DNA from: a virus
Taxonomy: Duplodnaviria; Caudoviricetes
DNA: 64,000 nucleotides
Reading direction: 5' to 3' (one strand)
IMG/VR virus record: IMGVR_UViG_3300029288_000057
Span: 128,001-192,000 of that record
The translations under genes were made by a program, and so were the position numbers. The notes beneath the pieces are model-generated. The model did not search any database. It was not told where the DNA came from and worked only from the letters and a program-made list of their open reading frames with translations. This document shows positions 59,700 through 64,000 of this stretch, in pieces; positions within the stretch are counted from its first letter, which is position 1, and each line of letters begins with the position of its first letter.

Positions 59700-60589
59700 A
59701 ACTCTATTTTATATTTTTTATTTTTATTTTGTTTATTATAATTTTCCAATTTATAAACATATTGTCTTGGCATTTTGTTTTGTTCTAGAATCCAAAGTAA
59801 AAACATGTGCGAACTTTTTTTATCAAAAAACAATCTGCCTCTAGAATTTATTTTTGCTTTAAACCCTTGTGTTTTTAATTTTTTGATAAGAATTTGTTTG
59901 TCTTCAAAAGAAAAGCACTCTGTGCATAATATAACATTTGCATAATTACAATATCCGTCTCCAATAAACCACCAAAAACAAGATGTGGGTGTTATTCGCA
60001 CGTCGTGTGGAATTATTTTCTTATTTTTATACCACCTCGCTCTTTGTTTTAATAAATCAAAGTAAGAATTTGACTTAAGGAAAAACCCAGTATATTGTTT
60101 TTTGGTTATTTTATGTGGCTTTGATGTATACTCAAAAACATTCCCAAATTTTATAGATTTAAAAGAAGCAACAACTTCTTCTAATGTTTCCTTAAATTTG
60201 CAGCCATATGTTATTCTAGATGATACTTTCGATTTTCCATCTAATGAGGCATCTGCTAACAAAATGCCGTCTAACACTTCAATTTCTAAATTTGAAATGT
60301 TGCATGTTTTTGCTCTTTTTAAGCTAATTTTATATCTAGAGTCAACCATTTTATCTATTGATTCTTTAGAGTGTGTTTTTGCAAAAAAAGAATTTCCAAC
60401 TCCCATAGAACGAATAGATTGCCTTTTCTTTTGTTCTTCCGTCATTTTTCTCCCAAGATTCAATTTACCATTAAAAGACCTTGCACAATTTATACAACAA
60501 AATCTCTTTTTTAATCCTTTTTTTGTAGAATTAGTTAAAAAAATATTATTGCACTTTTCACATTTTTTTTCTATAACTTCTTTTTTCAT
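59696..60589 (-). mobile_element. free-standing LAGLIDADG homing endonuclease with NUMOD3
   Basis: CEKC..FCC..C, GNSFFAKTHSKESIDKM, LDGILLADASL, WWFIGDG. Confidence 0.8.
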
Positions 60590-60602
60590 TTTTGTTTTTT
60601 AT

Positions 60603-60610
60603 TATAAATA
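60603..60610 (-). promoter_or_regulatory. late promoter motif TATTTATA
   Basis: 13 nt upstream of the LAGLIDADG ATG. Confidence 0.6.
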
Positions 60611-60654
60611 GTATGAAATTTTCAAACCAGCTATTCCAAAAACTAAAGTCTTAT

Positions 60655-61818
60655 TCAAAATTCATTAACAATGGTTGCTATATAATTAATATCTCGCAAT
60701 GATAAATCCTGATGATTTGGCAAATAAAGACCAAACTCATCTATTTTATTTGCGTTTGGAAAATTCGTTTTGCCATATCTTTTTATCCAAAATGGTTTAT
60801 TCGCTATTGACCCTGCGATTAAAGGACGAACCTCTATGTTGTTCTTTCGAAGTGCTTCTGCTATTTCATTTCTTTTTTTGTGAACTATTGGATATCCAAG
60901 ATTGGAAATAAAAGATTCTTTCCTTTTTTCTATTTTTAATTCATTGTTTTTTATTAAAGATTCATAATAATAATAATTTTTATTACGAAGTGCACTGTAA
61001 TAATCAAGTTTTTCAATAGCTCTTAATCCAATAAACGCCTGAAAGTCGGTGGAACGAAGATTTAACCCTGGATAATAAAAGCAATATAGCTCATCGAAAT
61101 CCGAGGTGTTCCACTCTTTTTTTAACTTTTGCTTTGCCTCATCAGACAAATCTCTGTTCCAACCGTGACTTCTCATTGATAATAAAATGGTGTTTAACTC
61201 ATCATCACTAGTGCTTATAAAACCACCTTCTATTGTTGAAATATGGTGTCCAAAATACATGCTATATACAGATGCTAGCCCGAACGACCCAAGCATTTTA
61301 CCTTCATATCTGGAGCCCATACTCTCACAATTGTCTTCCAGCAGTTCCACATTATATTTCTTACACAACTTAAGAACTTCCTTCATTTTAGGAACTATTC
61401 CCAATGGTGAAACTGAAATAAACAACATGGGTTTTTCTTCTTGGTTGTCTTTAAATATTTGTTCCAAATTGTTTAAATCGCATGACAAATCTTCCATATT
61501 ACAGTCACACAATATCGGCTCAAATCCAAGAAGCATGGGAGAACTAACGTCGGTTATCCAACTAAGCGTGGGGCATACAATTTTATTGCTATACCTGCCT
61601 GTTGTTTTTAATGCTGCCAAAAGTAATAAAATAGCAGATGAGCCAGAATTAACGAACACTGAATGTTTGGTGCCAACTTTTTTTGCCCATCTTTCCTCCA
61701 ATAAAACAGTAAGGTCTCCTTTCGTAAGCCTTGGGATGGGGTCTTGTTGTAACCATTTTATAAGCGCATCAATATCATCTCTATTGATTGTGTCGCTTAC
61801 TAAAGAAATTTTGTCCAT
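60655..61818 (-). CDS. colD: ColD-like GDP-4-keto-6-deoxymannose 3-dehydratase (DegT/DnrJ PLP family)
   Basis: VNSGSSA, EDNCESMG, SMYFGHHISTIEGG (His at the PLP-Lys position), RSHGW; no E1-type Cys cluster. Confidence 0.75.
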   Translation of the reverse strand: MDKISLVSDTINRDDIDALIKWLQQDPIPRLTKGDLTVLLEERWAKKVGTKHSVFVNSGSSAILLLLAALKTTGRYSNKIVCPTLSWITDVSSPMLLGFEPILCDCNMEDLSCDLNNLEQIFKDNQEEKPMLFISVSPLGIVPKMKEVLKLCKKYNVELLEDNCESMGSRYEGKMLGSFGLASVYSMYFGHHISTIEGGFISTSDDELNTILLSMRSHGWNRDLSDEAKQKLKKEWNTSDFDELYCFYYPGLNLRSTDFQAFIGLRAIEKLDYYSALRNKNYYYYESLIKNNELKIEKRKESFISNLGYPIVHKKRNEIAEALRKNNIEVRPLIAGSIANKPFWIKRYGKTNFPNANKIDEFGLYLPNHQDLSLRDINYIATIVNEF

Positions 61819-61846
61819 ATTTTGTCTTTGTTTCTAATTTTATGAT

Positions 61847-62767
61847 TTATTTTCTAATAATATCTTTATTTTCTAAATACCAATCTATTGTCTTATTAAT
61901 ACCTTCTTCAAGTGTTGTAAATTGAAAATCTTTCGGCACATCAGATTTTGCTGGCTTTCTAAATTGTCCTTTTGGTTTTGTTATATCATATTTAATTCGT
62001 TCCTGGTTTATTTTAAAGCGATTTGCGATGATATCTACAACTTCTTTAATAGAATACTCAGTTTCATTGATTGTCATCATTGGAACGTCTGATTTCCAAT
62101 TGTCGATAGCCCATAGTATAATCTTGGCCAAGTCGTCAGCATAGATAAACTGTCTTAGTGAAGTTCCATCCCCCCATACAACAAAATCCTTTTCATACAC
62201 AGAGGCTTCGTATCCCTTCCTTATTAACGCTGGAACTAAGTGTCCATTTTCTAAATTAAAATTGTCATTTTCTCCATATACATTGTTTGGGATGATAGAA
62301 ATCCAATTGTTTCCAGTTACCTCCCTTGAATATTTCGTTGAGTAATACAAAAGTCTCTTTGCATAAGAATATCCATGATTCGATGGGTGGGGAGCTCCGT
62401 TGTCAATTTGGTCTGCGGTCAGTGGATAAATCGCTTTATCTGGGAAAACGCAGGTCGACAATATCGTTACAACATTTTTTAAATTGTGTATAATAGCACA
62501 TCTGGCTACGTTACTGTCCATTGTGATGTTCTTAAGAAAAAATCCGCTGTTATCATTCATATTGGCTTGGACTCCACCAACTTTGGCTGCACAATGTATA
62601 AGTGTATCTGGATTCCGAATTGCATTTAAAGATGAGAAATACCAATTTACCTCTTGTGTGTCTAATAAATCGCAATGGCTCCTTTGATGATATATGTGTC
62701 CTTTTCCAAGATTGTTTCTTAATGCTGACCCCAAAAGTCCATTCGAGCCTGTTATTAATGCTTTCAT
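61847..62767 (-). CDS. fcl: GDP-L-fucose synthase / ColC-like epimerase-reductase
   Basis: ITGSNGLLG, HCAAKVGG, LSTCVFP, YSYAKR, DNFNLENGH, VWGDG..LRQFIY. Confidence 0.88.
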   Translation of the reverse strand: MKALITGSNGLLGSALRNNLGKGHIYHQRSHCDLLDTQEVNWYFSSLNAIRNPDTLIHCAAKVGGVQANMNDNSGFFLKNITMDSNVARCAIIHNLKNVVTILSTCVFPDKAIYPLTADQIDNGAPHPSNHGYSYAKRLLYYSTKYSREVTGNNWISIIPNNVYGENDNFNLENGHLVPALIRKGYEASVYEKDFVVWGDGTSLRQFIYADDLAKIILWAIDNWKSDVPMMTINETEYSIKEVVDIIANRFKINQERIKYDITKPKGQFRKPAKSDVPKDFQFTTLEEGINKTIDWYLENKDIIRK

Positions 62768-62770
62768 ATT

Positions 62771-63562
62771 TTATATTTTTATCCAATTGTTACAATATAA
62801 ATCATTAGTGTTATAATTTGTATATTGAAAATTAAACCACTTTTTTGGTGCTACAACAATTTTGTTGTTGTTTTCATTTAACCAGGCACCCCACCAGGAA
62901 AAAGAAGAGTTTGCAATAATGTTGTTTTTACACAAAGACATAAGAAGTAGGTCCTCATAGTCTAGTTGTTTTTCAACAAAAATAAATTTTTCTGGCATAT
63001 CTGGAAAATTTTCTTTACACCACTGTATGTCATCTGAAAAAACAAGAAAAACACTATCTTCAGGCATTTGTTTTGATGCTTTTAAATAATAATCTATTCC
63101 TGGTATTATGTAAGCGTCTTGATATTTAAGATAATCACATCGTCTCACATGCATGGAGCAAGTTTCTTTATTAAGCAAATGTTTCCATTTTTCCACAATT
63201 TTATTTTTCACATCTTCTGGATATGAAAAAAGTTCTCTTATTTCTTTTTCGTGTTCGGAAAAGTGTTTTTCACTTTGAAAGTCTCCATCTAAATGAACAT
63301 CTGTGTCAATCGTTGGAATTTGACTAAAATGAAAATGTGGTTCATTGTATTTAAAGAAAGAGCTAAAATCATAGCTTTCTAAAAAAACCACCTTGTTAAA
63401 AACATTATCTTTATAATTGTCTACATGTCTATGTCTAACAACAGAATCTGTTGTTGTAAAAAAACATTCTTTATTGTTTTTTAGCGCATAAGAATATGCA
63501 CAGGCCACTTGAAACATGTAGTTGCACAATCCCCCTTTTAACTTTGCTGATACCTTGCTCAT
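62771..63562 (-). CDS. GT11 alpha-1,2-fucosyl/colitosyl-transferase
   Basis: GGLCNYMFQ, FQSEK.F, HVRRCDY, FSDDIQWC, IIANSSFSWWGAWL. Confidence 0.88.
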   Translation of the reverse strand: MSKVSAKLKGGLCNYMFQVACAYSYALKNNKECFFTTTDSVVRHRHVDNYKDNVFNKVVFLESYDFSSFFKYNEPHFHFSQIPTIDTDVHLDGDFQSEKHFSEHEKEIRELFSYPEDVKNKIVEKWKHLLNKETCSMHVRRCDYLKYQDAYIIPGIDYYLKASKQMPEDSVFLVFSDDIQWCKENFPDMPEKFIFVEKQLDYEDLLLMSLCKNNIIANSSFSWWGAWLNENNNKIVVAPKKWFNFQYTNYNTNDLYCNNWIKI

Positions 63563-64000
63563 ATTAAAACTTCTTCTAAAAGTATTTTCCTAACGTTTTC
63601 AACAGAATCTACATAATTTTTTGATAAAAGTAAATTGTTTTCTATTCCTGGGAGTAATTTTTCATAACTTTCTGGGGTTAAGCTGTTACAAACACCTAAA
63701 ATTTCCTTTAAATCATTGACAACAATGATTGAACTAATGTCAAAAAAATCCTCAATGTTTGGGCATCCCCAATAAATAGGAACCGTTTTAGTGACAAAGC
63801 AATCCATTATTTTTTCTGTAAAGCAATTCTTCTGTCTTGAGTTTTCAATGCAAATATGAAATTGTGAATCAAAAACTGGGTCTTTTTTTTCACCAAGTAT
63901 TTTGTTGTTGTTAAAATTTTCCACCCCAAGAAACTTGCTAATATAAAAGTCTATTGGATTGTTTATTTTTTCTTGTTTGTAATGTACCTTCTTTCTTAAC
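63559..64000 (-). CDS. GT10 fucosyltransferase-like (5' end beyond the window)
   Basis: FHICIENS...FTEKIMDCF...TVPIYWG; the frame stays open to the window edge. Confidence 0.75.
   Translation of the reverse strand, partial: LRKKVHYKQEKINNPIDFYISKFLGVENFNNNKILGEKKDPVFDSQFHICIENSRQKNCFTEKIMDCFVTKTVPIYWGCPNIEDFFDISSIIVVNDLKEILGVCNSLTPESYEKLLPGIENNLLLSKNYVDSVENVRKILLEEVLI

Noticed and set aside
59696-60654. Group I intron around the LAGLIDADG ORF
   Set aside because: gmd and colD are each complete, and the flanking non-coding sequence (about 65 nt) is too short for an intron core.
851-62808. Numerous overlapping opposite-strand ORFs in the track (e.g. 851..1192, 48031..48432, 60102..60611, 61187..61837)
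   Set aside because: They are S/F/L-rich antisense shadows of well-supported genes, with no motifs or promoters.
1-64000. Alternative genetic code (stop reassignment as in some jumbo phages)
   Set aside because: Conserved genes are full length under the standard code, and TAA, TAG and TGA all terminate genes.
58671-64000. Host O-antigen/capsule locus marking a prophage boundary
   Set aside because: The homing endonuclease with a phage late motif, the continuous gene packing and the absence of wzx/wzy-type genes in view argue that the cluster is phage-borne. The window ends here, so this is not fully excluded.
1-64000. tRNA, rRNA or structured ncRNA genes
   Set aside because: Intergenic gaps are short, AT-rich and accounted for by promoters and terminators. 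I recognised no cloverleaf by eye (not confirmed by tRNAscan or Infernal).

Overview
This AT-rich, densely coding 64-kb window, mostly on the minus strand, is part of a large (jumbo-type) myovirus genome that most likely infects a Bacteroidota host. The host call rests on repeated TTTG-N18-20-TATATTTG (-33/-7) promoters, A-rich leaders without Shine-Dalgarno, an Hc1-like histone protein and a lipoprotein with D-S/T-T sites. From left to right the window holds four blocks. (1) About 1-14 kb: two PcfJ-like proteins and a set of charged late-promoter proteins rich in [ILV]-x-E motifs, which are candidate head-internal proteins. (2) About 14-26 kb: a DNA metabolism block with a SNF2/HARP-like helicase, Cas4-like nuclease, WYL-like protein, single-chain Mre11-Rad50 (SbcD-SbcC) fusion, primase and RuvC. 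(3) About 26-51 kb: a baseplate and tail-fibre block with gp6-, gp25-, gp5/gpV- and P2-gpI-like genes plus a free-standing HNH. (4) About 51-64 kb: a gp55-like sigma factor, GT2/GT4 glycosyltransferases, a mini neck protein, a phosphoesterase, and a GDP-fucose/colitose pathway (gmd, colD-like, FX-like) with GT11 and GT10 transferases and a LAGLIDADG insertion. A late-promoter motif, TATTTATA, precedes the structural operons. The most notable signal is a short [S/T]-[G/A]-x-T motif strongly enriched in the outer tail and baseplate proteins, next to a phage-encoded sugar and glycosyltransferase cluster, which suggests a sequon-directed virion glycosylation system. I saw no tRNA, rRNA or CRISPR array. 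All calls are by eye from motifs; no database searches were run.
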